From assembly GCA_040954595.2 (NCBI GenBank), contig CM082582.2:2650303-2714302 (forward strand): a DNA stretch of 64,000 nucleotides, given 5' to 3'. The position numbers were made by a program, and so were the translations under genes. Below the pieces are notes generated by a model. It worked only from the letters and a program-made list of their open reading frames with translations. It made no database searches and was not told where the DNA came from. Source of the DNA: Balanoglossus misakiensis. Taxonomy: Eukaryota; Animalia; Hemichordata. Shown here in pieces: positions 22,234 to 32,800 of the stretch (position 1 is the first letter of the stretch; the number at the start of each line of letters is the position of its first letter).

Positions 22234-23280
22234 CTAATCTGATAAGGCTAACGCCAGGGATTTGGCGACTCTACATTTGGTTTCCGAGGAAATGACAGTA
22301 TAGCGTTTGAAGGCATTTGAGCTCCAGTCGCCTTGTAATTTGATGAGAAGAGGGGGAATACCCAAGTTCACCGCAAATGTTGCCCCTCCCCTGCGAAATG
22401 AATGACCCGAATACAGGGATGGTTTGTAGCCACAATTGCTCAGGACTAGTCTGAGTGTTTTTGTAAACTTTGAATGAGTGAGAACCTGAGGGCAGGATGT
22501 GGGTGCATTGGCTGATGGTCGATATGAAAATAAATGGGTATGAGGTTCCTCTGATGGGGAGAGATGAAGCATCTGGTGGAAAGCTGCCACCGGACATAGG
22601 CAGGAGTTGGCAATTTGTTGAAGGGGCAACTCTAGTACTCGTTGGCCATACTGGATAGTTTTTGTGTGGCGGACCGTAATGGTAGCCAGACCGTTGTGAA
22701 CGGACACATCATCTCTGCGCAAGTACTTACTGGAATTTGGCAGTGTTTGATCTTTTAACAACAATGTGGACTTTCTGGCGAAGGTGAAAAATGCGAAAAG
22801 ACAAGCGCACCAAAATGTGGCATTGAAGGGGATTGACAGATCCAGGTGTGAGTGAATGTCCTTCAGTATTGAAGGCGAGATTGGCAGTTTTTGGCTGGGT
22901 GGGACCCTGTGAGTCCTAGCTATGCCCCGCTTCAAAATACAAAGGAGCCAGTTGTTCTCTAAAGGGTTGGCGTAGCCAGCTTCAGCATGTAAGAGTCTAA
23001 TAATATTCAAATATCCTGGGAGGCTGCTAGGTTTTAGTGACCGAGCCAGGAAGACAATGTATCTGCAGGCGGTGAGTTGCGTGCAGGGCACAGGCCTGAG
23101 GCCGAAGTAGAGACAAAACCGGAGGTAGGCAGTACATTGAGAGCTGTATGTTTTCTTTGTTGATTCTGCATATGCTGCGTGCTTGTATTTGCCGATGTCC
23201 ATATCCAGCTGGTGTAACTGTTGCTGCACAGGCCCTGAAGTAGAAGAGAGTAAGAAGCATCCGTCATATGGCGATACCAA
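22234..23280 (-). CDS. Tyrosine recombinase
   Basis: 348 aa. N-terminal binding region (STKKTY..YLRFC) and catalytic motifs FARKS (R), HTKT (K), HSFRRGGA (HxxR), GDW and FKRY (Y). Overlaps the 3' end of the RT/RH ORF. Confidence 0.92.
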   Translation of the reverse strand: MVSPYDGCFLLSSTSGPVQQQLHQLDMDIGKYKHAAYAESTKKTYSSQCTAYLRFCLYFGLRPVPCTQLTACRYIVFLARSLKPSSLPGYLNIIRLLHAEAGYANPLENNWLLCILKRGIARTHRVPPSQKLPISPSILKDIHSHLDLSIPFNATFWCACLFAFFTFARKSTLLLKDQTLPNSSKYLRRDDVSVHNGLATITVRHTKTIQYGQRVLELPLQQIANSCLCPVAAFHQMLHLSPSEEPHTHLFSYRPSANAPTSCPQVLTHSKFTKTLRLVLSNCGYKPSLYSGHSFRRGGATFAVNLGIPPLLIKLQGDWSSNAFKRYTVISSETKCRVAKSLALALSD

Positions 23281-24770
23281 TCTCTTAGCGGGTGTAGCTG
23301 GTGATTGGCGAGAAGGTTCACTGCTGTGAAGTAGTGTTTGGCAGAGTGTAAACGCGATAAGGAGTCTGCGCTGTTGTCCTTGGTGCTCACGTATCGGGCT
23401 GTGATGTGGAAATTAAATAGTGCCGACAGCCAGAACAACTCGCGAAGCCATTCCATAGCCGCTTTGTTGCGGGATGTACCAGAGTTAATGGCGTACATGG
23501 TTGTGGTATTGTCTGTATATACCACTATGTGGCGTTTGTCCCAGAAACAACACCATCGCCTGCATGCAATCAGGACTGTATACAGTTCCTGTAAGTTGAT
23601 GTGCATGTCTGCCAAGATAGGGTGGTCGGCCGACCACTGTGTATAAAACCAGTCATTCGCGAAAATACCTGCTCCCGCTATTGCGCATGCATCAGTGGTG
23701 AAAACCTGTTGGGGCAACGGAGTCTCCTCTATGAAGAAAGCCGTACCATTGAAAACTTTGCTCAGATTTGTCCACCATTGGATGTCCGCTCTCGCGTGCC
23801 TGTGAAGGCGTATGTGATGAGACTGCTGTGAAACTGAGTTTGACAAGTCAATAAGACGTCTCAAAAATGTGCGTCCGCCGCGAATAACCCGTGCTGCCCA
23901 GTTGAGTTTGCCAAGTAGTTGTTGGAGTTCGCGTTTGGTTGTTCGCCGCTTAGGAAGCCAGTGTTGCAAAAGGTCGCTCAAGTCCTGTAATTTGCCCTTA
24001 TTGAGGGAAAGCGTCCGTGTGCGTGCATTTATCTCTATGCCAAGAAATGTCAGCTGCTGTGTTGGGTTTACCACTTTGTCCCAGTTTATTGTGAAGCCAA
24101 GGTTCTGTAAAAGTTGTAATAAAGCCAGAAATGCTTGCTCGCAAGCAAATTTGGAGTCCGCTATAATCAGAAAATCATCAAGATAAACAATTACCGCCTG
24201 GTACCCTTTTCTGCACATCATTCTGGTGACGCTTTGCGTTATGCGGGTGAAAATTTCTGGGCTTTTGGCTGCCCCGAATGGTAGCCTGGTGTCCACCATA
24301 TAAGTAGAGGTATTCTGTCCTGAAAATTTGTAGCGGAGACCTGTAGCTCGCTGCGAGTCCGTGCTTATAGGGACCGAACGGTACGCTGACTTCAAGTCCA
24401 CTTTCGCGAGATATGAACCAACTTTGCACAGTTGCAAAGCGTGATCTATAGTTTCATATTTAAAAGTTGAAGTAGAAGCGTACGCGTTGACACCGCCTCC
24501 TACTGGGCGGCTGCAGTCGTGTATGAGTCTGACTTTGTCAGAGTTTTTCTTGGGGATGGCACCTAAACTGCTAATTATTTGAGGCTTCTCCGCTGTGACA
24601 CGGTAATTACCCACATCAACCTCATGGATAATTTGTTCCTCGACTGCCTTGCGATTAGCAGGGTCAGAGCATGACGCATAGTTTTTTCTGTCCACGTTTT
24701 GAAGGGGGGTACCAGGGGTAATGATATCGAAACCAAATTTTAAACCGTTGAGTATGAAGTCGCGATCCAT
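23034..24770 (-). CDS. DIRS/Ngaro-type reverse transcriptase-RNase H
   Basis: 578 aa, uninterrupted. RT motifs RLIHDCS, KVDLKSAY, RLPFG, YLDD and FLGI; RNase H motifs TDAC, INLQEL, TDN and ADSLSR. Confidence 0.93.
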   Translation of the reverse strand: MDRDFILNGLKFGFDIITPGTPLQNVDRKNYASCSDPANRKAVEEQIIHEVDVGNYRVTAEKPQIISSLGAIPKKNSDKVRLIHDCSRPVGGGVNAYASTSTFKYETIDHALQLCKVGSYLAKVDLKSAYRSVPISTDSQRATGLRYKFSGQNTSTYMVDTRLPFGAAKSPEIFTRITQSVTRMMCRKGYQAVIVYLDDFLIIADSKFACEQAFLALLQLLQNLGFTINWDKVVNPTQQLTFLGIEINARTRTLSLNKGKLQDLSDLLQHWLPKRRTTKRELQQLLGKLNWAARVIRGGRTFLRRLIDLSNSVSQQSHHIRLHRHARADIQWWTNLSKVFNGTAFFIEETPLPQQVFTTDACAIAGAGIFANDWFYTQWSADHPILADMHINLQELYTVLIACRRWCCFWDKRHIVVYTDNTTTMYAINSGTSRNKAAMEWLRELFWLSALFNFHITARYVSTKDNSADSLSRLHSAKHYFTAVNLLANHQLHPLRDWYRHMTDASYSLLLQGLCSNSYTSWIWTSANTSTQHMQNQQRKHTALNVLPTSGFVSTSASGLCPARNSPPADTLSSWLGH

Positions 24771-24833
24771 GTCATTTTCCAGTTCATCATTCCACGTTGC
24801 CAGGTGATCAGTAAGAGGGCTAGCAACCTTATC

Positions 24834-25649
24834 CTAGGCATGATTGTTCGAAGTTAGCGATTTGTGGCGGTGTTGTGGGTGATCTTTGTGGCACCCGTCC
24901 TCGATGCATATGTGCGCAAAACGACAGTAGGTGCGGTTGCAGCCCGGTGGGTTTTGGAAATCGAAGCAAATTTCCTAGCCTTTCGAATCATAACTGCGAC
25001 CTTTGGAGTTGCCTGTGGTATTTTTCCCTTTTTGCTGAGGCGCGACTTGCCGCTCATCAAGGTGATAGAGTGACAGGTGAAGGTCTACGGCTCCCCACGC
25101 GAGCGAATCGGCAGCCTGCTTTTTCCTGCACTCGTGATCGTAAGTCAGGACCGATGGGATTGTGAATGATTGAGCGTAGTCACCAATATTAATTGTATGA
25201 TCGAGATATGCCAGTGTCTCTTCCGTGGACATACCGCGGGCGATCAGTGCCTTTAAAATGCGGGCATTGGCTGATATCCACTGTGGCAGTGAAACTTGGT
25301 CCGGTCGCGGTCGTTGTTTTGCTGTTCGCATAACTAATTTTGTGTCTCCGTCGGCGGCCAGTTCAGTTTCGTCTGGTTGATCGAACGAACCCTTTTTCGT
25401 GGTGACATAGTCCGGAATTAGTAGGGGTTTTCGCTCACCTTTCCCGGGGGCTGGCTTTGCGTTTGTGGCCTGTGGTTGGTCGGACAGGACGTCTTTGAGG
25501 GCATCGTTGCCTAGGGCTTCGAGGAGCTCATTCAGTGCCTTGTTTTTTGCCAAGTCTTGTGTGGTTACCTCTTTGGTGGCCTCGCCGGCGGGCTTCGGCG
25601 TGTCCACGGGCTTGGATTCCGCTTTTTGAGAGCATAGTTTGTTTCGCAA
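24834..25649 (-). pseudogene. Ngaro gag-like ORF with C-terminal Cys/His finger, one premature stop
   Basis: The 224-aa ORF ends at TAG (24975-24977), but the same frame continues as EICFDFQNPPGCNRTYCRFAHICIEDGCHKDH to a TAG at 24834-24836. The true start is uncertain. Confidence 0.7.
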
Positions 25650-26063
25650 CTGGCGAAGCAGTCCATGTTGACCGATGTGTAGTTGTAGGTCGAAAATGTC
25701 TTGGTCGCTGAGGCACTACAGTACTTCGGAGGATGTGACCTGGGAGGTGGTTAGAGAGCTGATAGTGTCTTTTGAAAGACCCGCCGCTTCACACCATTCA
25801 ACAAAGCTGTAATCTTCTGACATTGTAACTGGTGACTATTGGGGGTATGTCCGGGAAAGATCGAAATTAAAGCAGTTTCGGCGAGCGACATACAAAATGT
25901 CCGCTGTCCGTCTGGGCAAAAAACCACGAGGTAGCCTCGTCCCAGGACCAACTCCCACATCCCCGATCCCAGCTCCATTTAAACTCCAATAAAACAAGTG
26001 TTATTGTACACAATATTTATTACTTATATAGCACATTACACGATAAATCTCAACATGCTTTAA

Positions 26064-26858
26064 GATGGGTCCCCCGTATCTTTTTGCTCGTTGCTATGGG
26101 CCTTTATGGGACACTACACTCAATTTTGATCGAAACCGTTATGAACGTCCGACAAGGGGCTTGTAACTTGTTAAAAATACACACGATTGTGTGCACACCC
26201 CCTGTCCGAGTATGTTTACAGCAGCTACCGCCCGGTCATAGGCCGCCACGCTAATACGGCAAAGCAGCGGTCAGCGATGGCGTGCGCGTCCTGTAACCAG
26301 AGTAACTGGATCGAACGCTAAAAATCCAATGTTTTGTACACAGAGATTTTGTACCGTTCACGAAAATCCCTAAGGCTTTTTTCATAGGCCACGTACGCCA
26401 GTCAAATTTGACCTGCTTGTTGAGAACGCACTTCCGCACAGTGTGACGGATAGTTTTTTCGGTTTTCGTCGTGCTAAGAAGCGATACCGGTGGAAGAGTG
26501 TGTCCAAAATCACCCAAAATCGATGACTTTTTCAGGTGTGGTACGGGTATGCTGAAATCGTAGGATACAACGATAATATTCGAAATCAAAATCCGTCACG
26601 ATCTTCCCTAGTTCAAGCAACTAATGAATACGTATCAAGTTCGTTTTTGAGGTCACGGAATAAAAAGCCTTAGGCTTTTGAAATTTGACCTAGCTAATTT
26701 GCATATCAATGGCGTCAGGGGGCGCGCGCTCACAATCGTGCAGATTTTTAACTAGTTACCGGCCCCGTGTTAGACTCTGAAAACGGCTTAGCCCAAATCG
26801 GGGTGTAATGTCCTACAAAGGCCCATAGCAACGAGCAAAAAGAACCGGGGGACCCATC
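26064..26858. mobile_element. TTAA-specific MITE (Kolobok-like), 795 bp
   Basis: TIR gatgggtcccccg..ctttttgctcgttgctatgggccttt (about 55 bp) matches the reverse complement of the right end ...aaaggcccatagcaacgagcaaaaag..cgggggacccatc. Perfect TTAA at 26060-26063 and 26859-26862, with 5'-GA termini. Confidence 0.85.
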
Positions 26859-26859
26859 T

Positions 26860-29800
26860 TAAATACCCATGCATATGCATTAAATACCTATGTCAAAGTG
26901 CAGAGCTTGCATCACCATCTACTCTGATGCATCATTGAGCTTGGTTCGCCATTTGCCCTGATGCAAAGAATCAGATTCAATGTCATCGTTGCATTAGCAA
27001 TGTCGAAGTACAGTGCATTTGGACACATATTAAACTGGGCATTTACAATCAACTTGAAATCCACATATGCATTTAATACCCATGTCAAAGTGAAGTGATT
27101 GCATCACTATCTACCCTGATGCATCATCAACCTTGCTTCGCCATTTGCCCTGATGCAAAGAATCAGATTCAATGTCATCGTTGCATTAGCAATGTCAAAT
27201 TAGAGTGCTTTTGGCCAAGTATTAACCTATGGATTTACAGACAACTTTAATACCCATGTGAAAGTGCAGAGTTTGCATCACCATCTACTCTGATGCATCA
27301 TTGAGCTTGCTTCGCCATTTGCCCTAATGCAAAGAATCACATCCAATGTCACCATTGCATTAGAAATGTCAAATTACAGTGCTTTTGGACACGTATTAAC
27401 CCAGGGATTTATCATCAGCTTGATATCCCCATATGCATTTAATACCCATGTCAAAGTGTAGTGATTGCATCACTATCTACCCTGATGCATCATCAAGCTT
27501 GCTTCGCCATTTACCCTGATGCAAAGAATCAGATTCAATGTCATCGTTGCATTAGCAATGTCAAAGTACAGTGCTTTTGGACACATATTAAACTGGGCAT
27601 TTACAATCAACTTTAAATCCACTTATGCATTATATTCCAATGTCAAAGTGAAGGGCTTGAAACACCATCTTCCCAGATGCATCATCAAGCTTGCTTCGCC
27701 TTTTACCCTGATGCAAAAGATCAGAATTAAAATCACTGTTGCATTAGCAATTACAGTGCTTTTGGCCATGTATTAACCCAGGGATTTACAGTCAATTTTA
27801 AATACCCATGCATATGCATTGAAAACCTATGTCAAAGTGCAGAGCTTGCATCACCATCTACTCTGATGCATCATAAAGCTTGCTTCGCCATTTGCCCTAA
27901 TGCAAAGAATCACATTCAATGTCACCATTGCATTAGCAATGTCAAAGTACAGTGCTTTCCGCCACGTATTAACCTACGGATTTTTCAACAACTTGAAATC
28001 CCCATATGCATTTAATACCCATGTCAAAGTGAAGTGTTTGCATCACCATCTACTCTGATGCATCATTGAGCTTGCTTCGCCATTTGCCCTAACTCAAAGA
28101 ATTACATTCAATGTCACCATTGCATTAGCAATGTCAAAGTACAGTGCTTTCCGCCACGTATTAAACTGGGGATTTACAGTCACCTTTAAATCCCCCTGTA
28201 GGCATTTTATACCCAAGTTCAAGTGCAGAGCTTGCATCACTATCTACCCTGATGCATCATCAACCTTGCTTCGCCATTTACCCTGATGCAAAGAATCAGA
28301 TTCAATGTCATCGTTGCATTAGCAATGTCAAAGTACAGTGCTTTTGGACACGTATTAACCCAGGGATTTATCATCTACTTGAAATCCCCATATGCATTTA
28401 ATACCCATGTCAAAGTGAAGTGTTTGCATCACTATCTACCCTGATGCATCATAAAGCTTGCTACGCCATTTACCCTGATGCAAAGAATCAGATTCAATGT
28501 CATCGTTACATTAGCAATGTCAAAGTACAGTGCTTTTGGACACGTATTAACCCAGGGATTTATCATCAACTTGAAATCCCCATATGCATTTAATACCCAT
28601 GTCAAAGTGAAGTGATTGCATCACTATCTACCCTGATGCATCATCAACCTTGCTTCGCCATTTGCCCTGATGCAAATAATCAGATTCAATGTCATCGTTG
28701 CATTAGCAATGTCAAATTAGAGTGCTTTTGGCCACGTATTAACCTATGGATTTACATTTAACATTAAATACCCATGTGAAAGTGCAGAGTTTGCATCACC
28801 ATCTACTCTGATGCATCATTGAGCTTGCTTCGCCATTTGCCCTAATGCAAAGAATCCCATTCAATGTCACCATTGCATATGCAATGTCAAAGTACAGTGC
28901 TTTCCGCCACGTATTAACCCAGGGATTTACAGACAACTTTAAATCCCCCTGTAGGCATTTTATACCCATGTCAAAGTGCAGAGCTTGCATCACTATCTAC
29001 CCTGATGCATCATCAACCTTGCTTCGCCATTTACCCTGATGCAAAGAATCAGATTCAATGTCATCGTTGCATTAGCAATGTTAAAGTACAGTGCTTTTGG
29101 ACACATATTAAACTGGGCATTTACAATCAACTTTAAATCCACTTATGCATTATATTCCAATGTCAAAGTGAAGGGCTTGAAACACCATCTTCCCAGATGC
29201 ATCATCAAGCTTGCTTCGCCTTTTATCCTGATGCAAAAGATCAGAATTAAAATCACTGTTGCATTAGCAATTACAGTGCTTTTGGCCATGTATTAACCCA
29301 GGGATTTACAGTCAACTTTAAATACCCATGCATATGCATTGAAAACCTATGTCAAAGTGCAGAGCTTGCATCACCATCTACTCTGATGCATCATAAAGCT
29401 TGCTTCGCCATTTGCCCTAATGCAAAGAATCACATTCAATGGCACCATTGCATTAGCAATGTCAAAGTACAGTGCTTTCCGCCACGTATTAACCTACGGA
29501 TTTTTCAACAACTTGAAATCCCCATATGCATTTAATACCCATGTCAAAGTGAAGTGTTTGCATCACCATCTACTCTGATGCATCATTGAGCTTGCTTCGC
29601 CATTTGCCCTAACGCAAAGAATTACATTCAATGTCACCATTGCATTAGCAATGTCAAAGTACAGTGCTTTCCGCCACGTATTAAACTGGGGATTTACAGT
29701 CACCTTTAAATCCCCCTGTAGGCAATTTATACCCAAGTTCAAGTGCAGAGCTTGCATCACTATCTACCCTGATGCATCATCAACCTTGCTTCGCCATTTA

Positions 29801-32800
29801 CCCTCATGCAAAGAATCAGATTCAATGTCATCGTTGCATTAGCAATGTAAAAGTACAGTGCTTTTGGACACGTATTAACCCAGGGATTTATCATCAACTT
29901 GAAATCCCCATATGCATTTAATACCCATGTCAAAGTGAAGTGTTTGCATCACTATCTACCCTGATGCATCATAAAGCTTGCTACGCCATTTACCCTGATG
30001 CAAAGAATCAGATTCAATGTCATCGTTACATTAGCAATGTCAAAGTACAGTGCTTTTGGACACGTATTAACCCAGGGATTTATCATCAACTTGAAATCCC
30101 CATATGCATTTAATACCCATGTCAAAGTGAAGTGATTGCATCACTATCTACCCTGATGCATCATCAACCTTGCTTCGCCATTTGCCCTGATGCAAATAAT
30201 CAGATTCAATGTCATCGTTTCATTAGCACTGTCAAATTAGAGTGCTTTTGGCCACGTATTAACCTATGGATTTACATTTAACATTAAATACCCATGTGAA
30301 AGTGCAGAGTTTGCATCACCATCTACTCTGATGCATCATTGAGCTTGCTTCGCCATTTGCCCTAATGCAAAGAATCCCATTCAATGTCACCATTGCATAT
30401 GCAATGTCAAAGTACAGTGCTTTTGGACACGTATTAACCCAGGGATTTATCATCAGCTTGAAATCCCCATATGCATTTAATACCCATGTCAAAGTGTAGT
30501 GATTGCATCACTATCTACCCTGATGCATCATCAAGCTTGCTTCGCCATTTGCCCTGATGCAAATAATCAGATTCAATGTCATCGTTGCATTAGCACTGTC
30601 AAATTAGAGTGCTTTTGGCCACGTATTAACCTATGGATTTACATTTAACATTAAATACCCATGTGAAAGTGCAGAGTTTGCATCACCATCTACTCTGATG
30701 CATCATTGAGCTTGCTTCGCCATTTGCCCTAATGCAAAGAATCCCATTCATTGTCACCATTGCATATGCAATGTCAAAGTACAGTGCTTTCCGCCACGTA
30801 TTAACCCAGGGATTTACAGACAACTTTAAATCCCCCTGTAGGCATTTTATACCCATGTCAAAGTGCAGAGCTTGCATCACTATCTACCCTGATGCATAAT
30901 CAACCTTGCTTCGCCATTTACCCTGATGCAAAGAATCAGATTCAATGTCATCGTTGCATTAGCAATGTCAAAGTACAGTGCTTTTGGACACGTATTAACC
31001 CACAGATTTTTCAACAACCTGAAATCCCCATATGCATTTAATACCCATGTCAAAGTGAAGTGTTTGCATCACTATCTACCCTGATGCATCATAAAGCTTG
31101 CTACGCCATTTACCCTGATGCAAAGAATCATATTCAATGTCATCGTTACATTAGCAATGTCAAAGTACAGTGCTTTTGGACACGTATTAACCCAGGGATT
31201 TATCATCAACTTGAAATCCCCATATGCATTTAATACCCATGTCAAAGTGAAGTGATTGCATCACTATCTACCCTGATGCATCATCAACCTTGCTTCGCCA
31301 TTTGCCCTGATGCAAAGAATCAGATTCAATGTCATCGTTGCATTAGCAATGTCAAATTAGAGTGCTTTTGGCCACGTATTAACCTATGGATTTACATTTA
31401 ACATTAAATACCCATGTGAAAGTGCAGAGTTTGCATCACCATCTACTCTGATGCATCATTGAGCTTGCTTCGCCATTTGCCCTAATGCAAAGAATCCCAT
31501 TCAATGTCACCATTGCATATGCAATGTCAAAGTACAGTGCTTTCCGCCACGTATTAACCCAGGGATTTACAGACAACTTTAAATCCCCCTGTAGGCATTT
31601 TATACCCATGTCAAAGTGCAGAGCTTGCATCACTATCTACCCTGATGCATCATCAACCTTGCTTCGCCATTTACCCTGATGCAAAGAATCAGATTCAATG
31701 TCATCGTTGCATTAGCAATGTCAAAGTACAGTGCTTTTGGACACGTATTAACCCAGGGATTTACAGACAACTTTAAATCCCCCTGTAGGCATTTTATACC
31801 CATGTCAAAGTGAAGTGTTTGCATCACTATCTACCCTGATGCATCATAAAGCTTGCTACGCCATTTACCCTGATGCAAAGAATCAGATTTAATGTCATCA
31901 TTGCATTAGCAATGTCAAAGTACAGTGCTTTTCGACACGTATTAACCCACAGATTTTTCAACAACCTGAAATCCCCATATGCATTTAATACCCATGTCAA
32001 AGTGAAGTGTTTGCATCACTATCTACCCTGATGCATCATAAAGCTTGCTACGCCATTTGCCCTGATGCAAAGAATCAGATTCAATGTCATCGTTGCATTA
32101 GCAATGTTAAAGTACAGTGCTTTTGGACACGTATTAACCCAGGGATTTATCATCAACTTGAAATCCCCATATGCATTTAATACCCATGTCAAAGTGAAGT
32201 GATTGCATCACTATCTATCCTGATGCATTATCAACCTTGCTTCGCCTTTTGCCCTGATGCAAAGAATCAGATTCAATGTCATCGTTGCATTAGCAATGTC
32301 AAATTAGAGTGCTTTTGGCCACGTATTAACCTATGGATTTACATTTAACATTAAATACCCATGTGAAAGTGCAGAGTTTGCATCACCATCTACTATGATG
32401 CATCATTGAGCTTGCTTCGCCATTTGCCCTAATGCAAAGAATCCCATTCAATGTCACCATTGCATATGCAATGTCAAAGTACAGTGCTTTCCGCCACGTA
32501 TTAACCCAGGGATTTACAGACAACTTTAAATCCCCCTGTAGGCATTTTATACCCATGTCAAAGTGAAGTGTTTGCATCACTATCTACCCTGATGCATCAT
32601 AAAGCTTGCTACGCCATTTACCCTGATGCAAAGAATCAGATTCAATGTCATCATTGCATTAGCAATGTCAAAGTACAGTGCTTTTCGACACGTATTAACC
32701 CACAGATTTTTCAACAACCTGAAATCCCCATATGCATTTAATACCCATGTCAAAGTGAAGTGTTTGCATCACTATCTACCCTGATGCATCATAAAGCTTG

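Larger units (their letters stand above)
21722..26011 (-). mobile_element. Ngaro-type tyrosine-recombinase retrotransposon, full length
   Basis: Split direct repeats in the order A1 (26011-25896), gag, RT/RNaseH, YR, B1 (22192-22076), A2 (22075-21959), spacer, B2 (21838-21722). No methyltransferase domain is evident, which fits Ngaro rather than DIRS1/PAT. Confidence 0.9.

Noticed and set aside
21722-26011. Prophage, integron or bacterial contamination suggested by the tyrosine recombinase
   Set aside because: The YR is linked to a DIRS-type RT/RNase H and split direct repeats, which identifies a eukaryotic retrotransposon.
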